A DNA stretch of 64,000 nt, from NCBI GenBank assembly GCA_951406725.2, contig OX597836.1, positions 5,952,001-6,016,000 of the forward strand, in the 5' to 3' direction. This document shows, one piece after another, positions 38,775-52,781 of this stretch. The DNA is from Octopus vulgaris (lineage: Eukaryota). The translations under genes and the position numbers were made by a program. The first letter of the stretch is position 1. Every line of letters starts with the position of its first letter. The notes under the pieces are model-generated. The model was given only the letters and a program-made list of their open reading frames with translations, was not told the origin of the DNA and ran no database searches.

Positions 38775-40600
38775 ATTTATTAGAGAACGCTAGAATATTG
38801 ATAGCTATGAACATATTCTTTACATTTCACTTTGTCCCAAGCATTTATCTAATGCGTATGCAGTATTGCTTCAGAGAATTTTCTTCTGCGTGTTTTGTAT
38901 ACTGTTTAGTTAATTGATTTCTAAGTATCTGTAAATCTGAATTCTAATTCAATTATCTCTATTTCTTTATACGGAATATTATCAGTGCCTATAATTAATT
39001 TGATTTGACACAATTTGCAATCCAAATTTCATATCAGTTCATCTATTAGCTCTGTGTACAATCTGTAGCAGTGTTTCTACTTTATCATCTGCAGTGTACT
39101 ACTTTACGACGTCTATATACACAAGATTACTCTTTGTTCCACAATAGCATTTGTATCTGATCCTAGACTGGTTTAACATGTTGGTTAAATGTTTTAGATG
39201 CAGACAGAAGTTAAACAAAGATTGCGATCACATTTGGAATATTTGTCACATGGGGTTAGTTTTATTAATCTTTCTTTTAACTCTATCAGCAAAATTCTAG
39301 GCATTTATCCATAAAGTGTTTAATACATCTATTGTCAAATAGAACGGCTTCACTTAAGGTTAAATATCTAAATTTCATTCTGTGCCATACTTAAACCTTT
39401 CCCCTTTAAAACACATCAGTTATCGCTTTTTAATCTCGATAGCTTTATTAGACTCTACAGCATCTTTTCTGCTCTTCTGAAAAATATCCTTTTTCTCCAA
39501 ATGTTTATTTTTCCATTCCGATATTATTTTTCCTCTTCGATATTATAGTCAAAACTTTGTAAATTGCAGAAAAAGAGATTATGGTTGTACAGAAATTAAA
39601 ATGGCTTCTTTTTCAGTGAGTCGCTCAAGTGTTGTCTGTAGCGCCTTTAGTATCGCATCTTCATATCATATTTCTGTTCGCACATTTCATAAGAGACTGA
39701 AGTTGTGGATATTGTAATTTCTTGATGCTTTCAACTTCGTTCCTACTAGAGTTGGGCTACTTCTGTGTTTTTCTTTCTTTTTTTTTTTTTTGCTGTGGAA
39801 ATATTTGGCCCCCATCGTGACTTCGTTGGATAAACTTCTCTGAATATTTCTTGTATATCTCTTATTCTAAATTTCAAACTGATTTCTATTATATTTCAAT
39901 CAAGGTCTTGCTAAAATCATTTTGAGATTAAATCGAACTGACTGCATTGTCTAAATACTTACGGGTAATATTTAAAACCGATGAATTTCTTTGCGATCTA
40001 TTAACATCTCATGTTTCAAGCATTCTTTGATTTTAGCTATTTCTAACACATATTTTATATTCCCGTAATACACACATTCCATATTCCTGTAACATTTGTC
40101 TCTTCTTTCGCTGTTGATTATTTTTGATGTTATTGATTCCATGAAGGATTGCAAGATTTAGCCATTTATCTTTTCGTTATATGTTTCTGTTCCATGTTCT
40201 TTGAGTTGAGTTTTGATATTCCTATATAAATAGATATGACAGAGTAACCAAATTCCATTCGTAACTTCCATATAACTGTTCAATGTTATTTCGTTTAACC
40301 AAAGTCATGTTCTTGTATGGTTTCAATCAGTCTTTGATGGCCGCCAGATTTTGCGTTCTTTGCCGTTGTTACTATTTCTCTATTGAATTTTATCCTTGGG
40401 GAGTACATTTGCTGATTCCAGGAATATTCCTACTGGTTTTAATTCTTTTATTATTTCTCTCTTGAAATTGTCATGTTCATGATTTCGACATTTAGAATTT
40501 CATAATAAATTTCATATTTTGAAACCTTTCTCTTATTCACTTTCCATTTTTTGTTCGTTTTTTTTCTTTTCTAGTTCGTTCCTTTGTTGGACAGTACGGT
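38775..40600 (-). pseudogene. Highly decayed R4/Dong-like non-LTR retrotransposon RT region
   Basis: Minus-strand remnants IFQ.D..S.LFNFCL..L.NMLNQ...SNLVYIDVVK*YTADDK..TLLQIV...DMKFGL, YLEI and NVKNMFIAINILA, matching the GIFQGDSLSPL..HLLYMDDLKLYA..MKFGL.KC..YLG..N.I.AIN pattern of R4/Dong RTs; upper boundary approximate. Confidence 0.65.
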
Positions 40601-40656
40601 TTTTTAGTTTTGCGTTGTTTTTTTCTTTAATTTCTTTACTTTACATTGTTCGTCTA

Positions 40657-40914
40657 CAGTCGTGGCCAAAAGCTTGGAACATTTTTTAAAATTTTAAATT
40701 GCTATACCCAAGTACAATTCGATTCAAATATTTACAACATAGAGATATACTTACCTAATAACCGATCCAAATGTTTAATATCTAAAAGAAAAAAAATAGG
40801 AAAAAGAAAAGATGTAGTTCTGGAACCATTTTCCCACTTTTAATACAACTTTTGGCACTTAATTTTTAAAATTCTAATTTTCATATCAATGTCCCAAAAT
40901 TTGGGCCACAACTC
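40657..40914. mobile_element. Tc1-like MITE
   Basis: TA-cagtcgtggccaaaagcttggaaca ... tgtcccaaaatttgggccacaactc-TA: imperfect TIRs and TA TSD. Confidence 0.75.
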
Positions 40915-41029
40915 TATCATCACCGTTTATGGACTTAGTGCTTACTTCTTTATTTTACTCGTTCATTTATCATTCGTAATGTCTGCTAGTGGTCTTTTTG
41001 GTGCTTTAATAACTGGTTTCTTTAGGTTA

Positions 41030-41427
41030 TGCGAGCTGGTGAGCTGGCAGAAACGTTAGCAAGCCGGGCGAAATGCTTACCGGTATTTCGTCAGCTGTTG
41101 CGTTCTGAGTTTAAATTCCGCTGAGGTCGACTTTGCCTTTCATCCTTTCGGGGTCAATAAATTAAGTACCAGTTACACACTGGGGTCGATATAATCGACT
41201 TAATCCCCTTGTCTGTCCTTATTTGTCCCATCTACGTTTTACCGGTATTTCGTCAGCTGTTGCGTTCTGAGTTTAAATTCCGCTGAGGTCGACTTTGCCT
41301 TTCATCCTTTCGGGGTCAATAAATTAAGTACCAGTTACACACTGGGGTCGATATAATCGACTTAATCCCCTTGTCTGTCCTTATTTGTCCCATCTACGTT
41401 TAGCCCCTTGTGGACAATAAAGAAATA
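41030..41427 (+). mobile_element. SINE family A with perfect internal 162-bp tandem duplication
   Basis: 41077-41238 equals 41239-41400; TSD-like tggtttcttt(a/c)ggtt on both sides. Confidence 0.9.
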
Positions 41428-42052
41428 TGGTTTCTTTCGGTTTCCATATATCTCTTCTTAGATTATCGCTATTGTTCCCTTGTTCCCCGTTTTACTCTGA
41501 CTTGGAATAGTAACGCCAGCTCAATTAGGGGTTTAATTAGCATGTCATGGAATTGTCACCGGAAGGAATCAGATTCACTAAGACCTCAGCAAGCCAAGAA
41601 CAGATGATGCCGTTCAGCTCTTTAGCTGCTCATCTGAAAGAAGGTGACTCCATACAAATCCTAGATCCTGATAACTATTGGTGTCGTGGTACTTGTTGTA
41701 CCAGACCAGCACAAATGTAGAGGACGGGAACGTGGGACCGTCTCTGTACACTGCACACACACTATAACAATATTCATGGCGCAGGTTGTTCAGCAAACCA
41801 AGCCACCAGCATCAACGCTATCACAATTTAAGAACACTGCACAGTTGAATCATCTTGAGCCTTCATCTGTCGAAACGACAAGAGAATTCATACCATCTGC
41901 TATTTGAAAATACTCTTTCGGCCTCGGTTTAGAGGTAGAATGTAGCTGTAAAATATGCATCGAGAATAGTAACATATTCTCCTTGTGTCCATTTATAATT
42001 GTTATGCTTCATAGGAATAAAGACATGTGTTGAGTCCGGCCCTTAATTAAAC

Positions 42053-43100
42053 CAGTGACTCTCAACCTCTTTTTTTTACCTATGGACTCCTCTGATTCGT
42101 ATTTTCCTGGAATGCACACTTCATAACCATTAGATTTTTTCAAAATACCTTTTATATTTTTTATAAATAAACTAGCAGTATCGCCCGGCGTTGCTCGGGT
42201 TTGTAAGGGAAATAACTATATAAGCATTTTTAGAGAGTTATAGCCCAAAAATAGCAAAAAAAATGCATTAAAAATGGAAAAAAATGATGGTAATTTTTTT
42301 TTTAATCGTTGACTCATCGTAGACACATTTAGAGAGTTACTTCCCTTATATAATATCGAAAAAATGCATTGTAATGGAAAAAAGTGATGGTAATTTTTTT
42401 TTAAATCGTAGACTCATCGTAGACGCGCACCAATACACAGAAGGGCTCGATATGAATCACGACTATAAGATACCCGGTTTTGGTTAAACTGCACCGCAAA
42501 ATGTGGGAGTAGTTAGGAATATAAATCGTAGGAGACAGACACACAACTTCACTTTTATATATAAAGACTAGCAGTATCGCCCGGCGTTGCTCGGGTTTAT
42601 AAGGGAAATAAATATATAAGCATTTTTAGAGATGTAAAGTATAATAGCCATCTCAATATGGCTAACCACAAAGGGGGGGGGGGGTTATTGTAGCTTTTTA
42701 TGTTCTGAGATTTAATAAATTTTTAGAGAGTTACTTCCCTTATATATGCCAAAAATGCATTAAAAATGGGAAAAATTGTTGGTAATTTTTTTAAAGTCGT
42801 AGACCCATCGTAGACGGGCGCTAATACCCAGAAGGGCTCGATATGAATCACGACTATAAGATACCCGCTTTTGGTTACACTGCACCGCAAAATGTGGGAG
42901 TAGTTAGGAATATAAATCGTAGGAGACAGACACACAACTTCACTTTTATATATAAATATATTAGGAATTGTATAAGACAAATTGTTAAAACGTTTTGTGT
43001 ACTGCAGAAGCATAACCAATCTTTTGTCCATATAAATTTTCACACCAAAATCTTGTATGGACTCGCAATGGGTCAGATGGACGCAGGTTGAGAAGCACTG
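42053..43100. mobile_element. hAT (Charlie-like) MITE hosting the Helitron tandem
   Basis: TIRs cagtgactctcaacc / ggttgagaagcactg; 8-bp TSD-like aattaaac / atttatac. Confidence 0.7.
42172..42958 (-). mobile_element. Two non-autonomous Helitrons, head-to-tail (42172-42567, 42568-42958)
   Basis: On minus: 5'-TC..., 3' hairpin cccgagcaacgccggg about 8 nt before terminal CTAG; junction CTAG|TC; A|T target; no TSD. Confidence 0.8.
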
Positions 43101-43669
43101 ATTTATACTGTCAGGATTTTTATTGGGTACCACTTCTACACCGAGTGCCATTTCACTGTTGCTAACGCAGTCAATTTCTCTCCTCGTTGCAAATTTGTCC
43201 ATTTTATACATTAAAATTCAAAGCACCTACTTCCCCTTTCAATCCTCATCTAAATGATAAAGTCAATATTTGTAATGTCTCTTATGTTTTATTTATTTTA
43301 TTCTATGTGTAAATAAAACTGAAACGGTTTGACACTTCTTTACTTTGTTCACATGTAAACTAAATCGGTCTGGCGCTTCCCTGGTTTGTTTACACGTGAT
43401 ATCCGAAAGCCGGTCACTACGAACATTTGTAATACATGAATTATATGAGGTAAAGATCAATAAATTTCAAAGTAAATCACTGTATTGCATACACAGTTAG
43501 CGGTCAGCCATTTCGTCTTCTTTTATTTATTTCAGCTTGATTCGTCGATATTTAATCGCCGTTTGAAGATATATTTTCTTGCAGTCGGATAGTGTTCTAA
43601 TATATTACGCAAATCCCCCGACAGAATTGTAACCGCGTCAGGGGGAAATGGCTTGCAATATTTCTTCCG

Positions 43670-44042
43670 GTTCTTCACGTCCTGAGATCGAATGCCACCG
43701 AGGTCAGCTTCGCCTTTCGTCCGTTCGGAATCGAAGAAAGAGACAAGTCAAGAACTGGTTACTATTTAATCGACTAAACTAAACCTTGTAAAATTACTGG
43801 TATGGTGTCTCAATCAGAAACAATCAAGGGTGTGGATTTGCAAAATCGTTCGAGCGACGGATCTAATAGTTTGCAGTATTAGTTCTTGTTCTTCACGTTC
43901 TGAGTTCAAATCAAGCCGGGGGTCAACTTTACCTTTTACACTTTTGGGTCCAATAAAATTAGATACTAATAATATAGTCTGGTGGATGTAATCGACAATA
44001 CCTTTCCCATTATATTGGCTGGCCTTGTGCATAAATTGGAAA
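43670..44042 (+). mobile_element. Two old family A SINE remnants
   Basis: cacgt.ctgag.tc.aat..c.g.ggtca.ctt..ccttt module twice; tail gctggccttgtgcataaattggaaa. Confidence 0.65.
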
Positions 44043-44074
44043 TATAAAATATATTTGTGTGTGTGTATGTGTGT

Positions 44075-44272
44075 GAGGCTCCGGTAGTGGGTGGTGGCGA
44101 TCCCTGCTGTACTGTTTCACCACAACTTTCTCTCCCTCTTTCTTCTGTTGGCCTGCTCGCTTAGCCAGCGGGGTGGCGTCCTTTGAAGGTTAAAACAATG
44201 CGAAGCGCATTGTGACCAGCGATGTGTAGCAACATCTGATAGCCTGGTTGGTCACGGTGATCACGGTGATAT
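44075..44272 (+). mobile_element. SINE family C2, 5'-truncated
   Basis: gatccctgctgtact...gcctggttggtcacggtgatcacggtgata. Confidence 0.85.
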
Positions 44273-44538
44273 CACGTTACATTTAATAATGAAAGAAAGG
44301 ATGTTTCAGATAATAAAGTCCTCCTTACACAACTGAACTAAATATGGCATTTTAACGAGGTGAACGTGTATGCTGGCTGACAGATCTCCTTTACCAGTGC
44401 TAAACTGAGGGCTAAGCAACAACAACGTAAGCAGCTGAATAAGCAGAAGTTTTCTGACGTCAGATTGAAAACTTAATATGCTCTGTCCTAGTTGATGTTT
44501 CTTTTAGCAATTTTACTTGGTCGGTCACGGTGATCATG

Positions 44539-44593
<55 letters not shown>

Positions 44594-44705
44594 GCATATA
44601 TATATACAGACAGAGAGACACACACACACACACATATAGATATATATTGTGTATATGTACACCCATGTATATAAATATACACACATATATATTCGTATAC
44701 ATATA

Positions 44706-44808
44706 CGAGTTCTTACGAGATATTTGTTTTTATTTTCCGTTTACGAGTTTTCGCTTTACGAGCTTTCTCCGGGAACCAATTAACTCCTAGTACCGAGGCA
44801 TTACCGTA
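44706..44808. mobile_element. Tigger-like MITE end
   Basis: Repeated ttacgag motifs ending ccgaggcattaccgta. Confidence 0.4.
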
Positions 44809-45033
44809 CATGATTCAAAAAAAGAATGTTTGGTAGACTTGTGCACTTTAAGAATGCCGATGGCAGTTTGTTTTGGGGGTGGGAATTGCTCAAAATGAAA
44901 ATCTGACGGATCGATAGATCAATAGAAAATAAAATTAGATTTGCGGATATTTGGATTATTCCGTAATTGTGGTAATTGCTTTGTTTTTGAAGATGTCCAA
45001 GTGAATCTGCATCAGATACAACTTGGTTTTCCA

Positions 45034-45240
45034 CTTTTATCTTTTATCTTTTACTTGTTTCAGTGATCAGATTGCGGCCATACGGGAGCACCGCCTTCAA
45101 GAACTGTGTTAGTCGGACGTAATCGGGCCCCGACGCTTGGTTAAATTTTAAGCGCAACTGGAAAGTTAAGTAGATGTAGAAACGCCAAAACTGACTGTCA
45201 AGGGGGGGGGGCGCACAAGAACATGCATAAAGACACACGC
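45034..45240 (-). mobile_element. SINE family B 3' remnant
   Basis: cttttatcttttacttgtttcagt...gagcaccgcctt. Confidence 0.7.
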
Positions 45241-45260
45241 AAATATAAATAAATACATAT

Positions 45261-45292
<32 letters not shown>

Positions 45293-45384
45293 CTGCATAT
45301 ACATTTATAATATATATATATATACACACACACACATATATATACATACATACATACATACATACATACATACATACATACATA

Positions 45385-45772
<388 letters not shown>

Positions 45773-47314
45773 TTGTTGACATCTTCAAACTCCGGAATAT
45801 CTCGAAGCGCACATATTATTTACGTCCCACTATTCACATGGTGCTTTTTAGACTGTTCTGTGGGTGCTTCGAGGTATTTCGAAACAGAATTGTCGTGTAC
45901 ATAATACATACATACCTACGTATATATACATGCACACACACACACATATATATATATACACACACACACACATACATATACACATACATAAATGCATGCA
46001 TGCATATATATATATATATATATACATATATATATACACTCTCACATACGTACGTACGCACATACATACATACATACATACATACATACATACATACATA
46101 CATACATACATACTACAAATGTGTGTTTCTGTTGTGTGTAAAGTTATATAAAATCATTTGAACAATAACGTGAAGGATGTCTGAGTACTCCGTAGTAGAC
46201 CGACCATCATCCTCGCTAATTTATTGATGTAGGTTGGCAGTAACTTCGAAATTCGCTAGCTAGCCATCTTCAAACAATATGATGGCTTGTAAGGCGAGAT
46301 TTTGAATATATGGTCAAACTTTTCACTATAAGGACTAGTATGTGTGTGCGTGTTAGTGTGTGTATGTGTGTATGTGTGTGTGTGTGTGTGTGTTTGTGTG
46401 TGTACTTATGTATACACAGTCAGAAACCTGGTCACGGACGTAACGCCGTCTGCCCAGCCAGTTCTTTCGTGCATCTCGTGCAGCAGAGTGTGTGAGTTCG
46501 CCTGTGGATTAAGTCGGCATTTCTAGGACCCAGCATCCAGACGGTCGGTTGAGATTTTACTGGAATGTGACGTGAGGAATTGTGGTCAGTGCCGAATGAC
46601 TTAGGGGTCACTTGCAAGGCTTACGAACCACAGACACATTATCAGCGATAGGTGGACCAAACTTGAGATGTTGAGAGTGAAATCTGCCCAGCATCTGGTC
46701 TCCCTCGGTCACAAGTACTTTCCATCATATAGCTTGTGCGTGTTTGTGCATATTTACCTTAAGAAGGGCAGTCAATCGTAGAAACCTTTCCAAAGGAAAC
46801 ATTACAGGCTGGCGCAGTCCTCTGGTTCAACAGCTATTATTGTACCGTCCGACACATGCCCGCATGGAAAGCAGACTTCAAAAGAGGAGGCGGGGGAGGA
46901 AGAGGAGGGGGAATGGATAAGTATGGGCATACGCGCTTTAGTCATATATTAACAGCAGTGGGGGATTAAACGAGGACATCAATGCAAAGCAATGACCTTG
47001 TTTGGCGAAACCTCCTACACACGGCTCCAACCCCAGCACAAACAACGCTACAACTACTACCACCATCGCCACCAATACCACGCACAACCACCACCACCCC
47101 TACCACCACCACCACCACTATCAATCCATCTAGCCATGACTCCATTCTCTCTCATCATACGCCATTACTGCGTTTTCTTGACCGCCATTTTTACAATTCA
47201 ATAGCGATATATAAATAAAGAAAACAATAACACCCCATACATATACATATATATATATATATATTAACATCTATACATATATATATATAAACATCATAAT
47301 AAATATACACAAAA

Positions 47315-47369
<55 letters not shown>

Positions 47370-47852
47370 AATGCATTAATAAATACTTAAAGAACCAGCC
47401 TACGAATTTCTTTTGATTCCACAATCAATAGATTCAATAGACTATTTATTCATATTTTTTAAGGAGTCAATCCTCCTCTTAAACTAACCCCTAAAAAAAA
47501 AAAAGAAAGAAACACACACACACACAAGCGAAATTATTTTTTCAGCTTGTGTTGCTATAATATTCAATTCGTTTCGATTTTTAACTTAACAATAATAATT
47601 CTCTTCTGAGATGTTTCGAATTTGTTTCTTTTTTTTGTTTTGTCTTTTTTGTTTGTTTTTTTATGTTTTTGGTTTTCCTTTTATTTTTTCGGGTTTTTGC
47701 TTGCGTATTTTTTGTTTCTTTTTCTGTCTATATTATGGATCTTACAATGGTTTTGTTGTTGTTGCTATTGGTAGCTTATCAGATATTTTGTTCGTAATTC
47801 TTGGGATTTTTTCGATAATTTTTTTTTTATAAATGATACAATTGTTTTTATC

Positions 47853-47888
<36 letters not shown>

Positions 47889-47983
47889 CGTATGTGTGTG
47901 TATATGTATATATGTATTGATAGCTGTATATGTTTATGTGTATATCTGTGTATATTTAATTGTACGTATAGACGATTATGTAC

Positions 47984-48017
<34 letters not shown>

Positions 48018-48156
48018 TCCTATATGTATGTGTGTATGTATCTATGTATATATGTGTCCTTACAACAGAGATATATGAATAAATATATAGAGATAGATTA
48101 TATCAATATACAAATGTACAATTACATTAATGTCTGTACATATATGCCTCTGTGTC

Positions 48157-48193
<37 letters not shown>

Positions 48194-48218
48194 GAATCAA
48201 TATATATATATACATACA

Positions 48219-48263
<45 letters not shown>

Positions 48264-48911
48264 TATATATATATATATATACACATACATACATATATAT
48301 ATACATATATATATATGCATACATGCATACATACACACATATATACATACATACATACATTAATACATACATACATACATATATGTATACATGCATACAT
48401 GCATTTATGTATATATATGCATCGATAAATGCATCCTCACGTGCATTTTGCCGGGTGTTTTTTTTTTCTCAGCTTCCAATATCTAAATTTTGGAGTTTTG
48501 GAGAAAAGAAGGTGCTTATCGGATGTTACAGACACAGCATGAAAATACACACGCGCACACAAACATACACGCACGCACAAACACACACACATATACACAG
48601 ACGCACGCATGCATGCATATAAGCACACGCATATATCTATGTATGTATAAAGTGTCTGCTTAACTCTCATACAGACGGATAGACAGATGGACAGACAGAC
48701 AGACACACACACACACACACGCAGACAGTGTGCACTGAAAGTGACTTTGGTGGAGTGATGTTCACACAAGCAGACAAGCGATGAAGAACATCTCAAAGAC
48801 AAACAAACAACAACATATATAAAGATTTCCCATGTCTACATGGAATCAAAGACACATGTTTGCTTACATGTAAAGATACCTACATGCAAACGTAGATACG
48901 TACATTCATAC

Positions 48912-49211
<300 letters not shown>

Positions 49212-49279
49212 GTGTATATATATATATACATATACATACATATATATATATATATGTGTGTATATATATATATATACAT

Positions 49280-49324
<45 letters not shown>

Positions 49325-49619
49325 CTTAGAAGCAGACGGTGTTCTGTGGTTGGAAGTTTGCTCCCCAACCAAGAACGGATGACGTGACCTCACACGGATT
49401 TGAACTCAGAGCTCTGGGCTGAATACTCGAATGCCTTCTATAAAATACTCTAACAACCCTGATACCTGTTCACTGCCCTTGCTTGAAACAAGTTCGAGGC
49501 AAGATTATACATCCATAGAAAATACTTCAGTTTTTTTTTTTTGCCGGATTTCCGTACATTTGTGGGTTCGTTTGAATACATCACATCCAACGCGTTGGCT
49601 GTATTTATGTTTAAGGTTG

Positions 49620-50330
49620 ACTCATGTTCTAATAAATCTCATTCGCGGGGGCTTTGTTCATATTTATTGCTTTTCTATACTCCATTAAACCTACCTAGAG
49701 TGGGCTCAGTCTTTATTTATGGCCCTGTTAACATCCAAAGACATCTTTCTTCGTGTGGGTTTCGTCTAATTTTATGTCTCTGTTATGTTCGAAAACATAT
49801 CCTTCATCGTGTGGGCTTTGTCTAATTTTATGGCTGTTATGTTCCAAAACATTTTTCATCGTGTGGGCTTCGTCTGCTTTTACATTACTGTTATGTTTCA
49901 TAACACATCCTTCATCGTGTGGGCTTTGTCTATTTTTATGGTTCTATTATGTTCCAATAACTCTCCTTCTTTGCGTAGACTCCACCCGCCTTTCCATCAT
50001 ATTCTCAGCGTGGGATCTTCCCATTTTATAGCTTTCTCATATATCTTACTAGCGTTGACTCTGTCCAGTTTAACAGCGTCCATTCTATGACTATGATACC
50101 TTGCATTACATTTTCCCCTCCTGTGTACTCTAGTATTTTAAATGATTGTCTATCTTACAGTACATCGTCTTTGCGTGGGCCCTACCCTATTTCCTGCTCC
50201 GGCTACGTTACAGCACAAAAACTTCCTGAAGTGGGATTTCTCTATCATTATGATTCTGATATATTACAATACATATCCTTTCTTGAGTGGGTTTTGTACA
50301 TATTTATGGTTTGATTATGTCACAACACAA
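49620..50330. repeat. Minisatellite of about 55-60 bp (catccttcatcgtgtgggctttgtct..ttttatg..tgttatgttc), 4 good copies at 49741-49960 plus eroded copies
   Basis: tcgtgtgggc/t recurs near 49751, 49807, 49859, 49915. Confidence 0.8.
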
Positions 50331-50599
50331 AAATATCAGAAATTTATTTGTTACTCTGTTATTCATTTCATTTAATCGCCGCGCTTATATTTTTATTTTT
50401 TTTTACGTACACCTACTCTAACACAAACACCACATTTTCTAGATCCGGCGGCACATGGTACATTTCTGTTAGTGTTGATCCAGTCTAATCGACTGAAAAT
50501 GAGCTTAAACTACAATTGGGACTTAGATCGACGACTGGCTGATACGTTGGATAATATTTTTAGTTGCTTATTAGCTTAGGTACCCGATATAAACTCTTG

Positions 50600-50667
<68 letters not shown>

Positions 50668-50669
<2 letters not shown>

Positions 50670-50828
50670 TGTGTGGTAAGTAGCTTGTCTACCAACCACA
50701 TGGTTCCGGGTTCAGTCCCACTGCTTGGCACCTTGGGGGCAAGTGTCTTCTACTATAGCCTCGGGCCGACCAAAGCCTTGTGAGTGGATTTGGTAGACGG
50801 AAACTGGAAGAAGCCCGTCGTATATATG

Positions 50829-50861
<33 letters not shown>

Positions 50862-51079
50862 GCGTGTGTGTGTGTTTGTGTCTGTGTTTGTCCCCTAGCA
50901 TTGCTTGACAACCGATGCTGGTGTGTTTACGTCCCCGTTACCTAGCGGTTCAGCAAAAGAGACCGATAGAATAAGTACTGGGCTTACAAAAGAATAAGTC
51001 CCGGGGTCGAGTTGCTCGATTAAAGGCGGTGCTCCAGCATGGCCTCAGTCAAATGACTGAAACAAGTAAAAGACTAAAA

Positions 51080-51080
<1 letters not shown>
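50668..51080 (+). mobile_element. SINE family B, near full length
   Basis: Close match to the family consensus. Confidence 0.9.
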
Positions 51081-51110
<30 letters not shown>

Positions 51111-51130
51111 CTTTATTTAAAAGCAGCAGA

Positions 51131-51201
51131 AATTCAACAAAACCTGTTACTCGGAGTTTCACAGTTTTGTTAAAATTCCGAGTAACAGGTTTTGTTGAAT
51201 T
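51131..51201. repeat. Fold-back insert in (TA)n with 25-bp perfect arms
   Basis: aattcaacaaaacctgttactcgga ... tccgagtaacaggttttgttgaatt. Confidence 0.9.
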
Positions 51202-51280
51202 ACTCTACCCCTGGTATTTGAGTACTCTTTTTTTCCACCTTGTTTCACATTTATGTGTTTACTCCGGTATATATATATAG

Positions 51281-51435
51281 ATGCAGGAGTGGCTGTGTCT
51301 TGCTTCTCAACCGCATGGTTCCGGGTTCAGTCCCAGTGCGTGGCATTTTTGGCAAGTGTCTTCTGTTATAGTCTCGGGCTACCAAATCCTTGTGAGTGGA
51401 TTTGACAGACGGAAAATGGAAAAAGCTCGTCGTAT
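51281..51435 (+). mobile_element. SINE family B 5' half
   Basis: gcaggagtggctgtg...ggttccgggttcagtccc...gtgagtggatttg. Confidence 0.85.
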
Positions 51436-52222
51436 GTATGTATGTATGTATGTAGGTATGCTTGTATGTGTGAGTGTGTGTATTTTTACATGCATGTGTG
51501 TGGGAATATAAACTTACAGGCATGAAGACATACACACACATACTTAGTTACACACACACACACACCAGTGTATACGTAAATGTTCTATGTACCTACACAC
51601 CAGGCTGTCGCGTGTATCCATGTGAGGGTGAATGTGTGTGTGTGTCTGTGTGTGAGTTTTTATGTTGATACATGTTGCATGTTTGTGTGTGCAAGGATGT
51701 ACGAAAAGGAATGTGTGGGTGGGGTGTATGAGCATGGTGTGGTGTGGGGGCTTCGTGTCCTACATATTTTTTCGTTCGTGGACGTGAAGTAGGCTCGAAC
51801 TCGTTTAAATGAATCGATATTTCAAATCTCAGAGCATCTACAGGGAGCGGGAGGCTGATTTTGATTATGAAACCTCTGGGCTCTCTCTAGTGCCTCGAGT
51901 GGGTATTGAAACACGAATGGCTGGTTTGAAAAGTGTAATCCTTCAGGTTCTAATTGAAGCGTTCAATGGGGCATAAAATTAAGGCAATCGCAAAAAAGAG
52001 AGAAATTAGCATGGGTTGGATGGGGGAGGGGCAGGAGGGGAGGAAAGGGTGTTTTGCTAACGGTGGTATGGGTGGTGGTGGGGGTGGGGGGGGGTGGGGG
52101 TGGAAGGATGATCTTGGGAAAAGTTAGGAAGAAAAGGAGGTAAAAGCGGACGACGGAGAGGAGGGGACGGGAGGAGGGGAAGAAGAAGAAGAAGAAGACG
52201 ACGACAACGATGATGATGAAGG

Positions 52223-52253
<31 letters not shown>

Positions 52254-52725
52254 AGAGATGATTATGGTGGTGGTGGTGATGATGATGATGATGATGACAG
52301 CGAGTATGATGACGACGATGACGACGATAAGGTTGTTGACGATGACGATGATGCGATGATGATGACGATGATGATGATGGCGATGATAATGGCGAAGAAG
52401 ATCGTAATGAGAACTTGCACAAAGTAAGAATGAGTGAGAGAAAGACAGGGAAGTGGCGGGCACAGGCTGACATGCGCAGAGAGGGACTTTCGGTAGAAGT
52501 GTTTAAGAAAGAAGAATAACATTCGAAAGACAAGAAAAAGAAAGAAAGCTCTATATAAGGTAATAATGAATGAGGGAAGGAGGTGACCAATGACAAGCTG
52601 AAGAAGTGGGAGGGAAACGAACAAGTGAGGGAGGGTGAAGGGATGTAGGAAGACTATAATCTACAGGTGAAAAAGTGGGCACCCCGTTGTCTAACCTACT
52701 CGCAATATACATACATACATATGGG

Positions 52726-52781
<56 letters not shown>

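Noticed and set aside
42723-43211. 162-aa minus-strand ORF
   Set aside because: It spans Helitron, hAT MITE and flank boundaries; a chance ORF.
49620-50330. CRISPR-like repeat spacing
   Set aside because: Whole units are homologous with no unique spacers, there are no cas genes, and the context is eukaryotic; it is a minisatellite.
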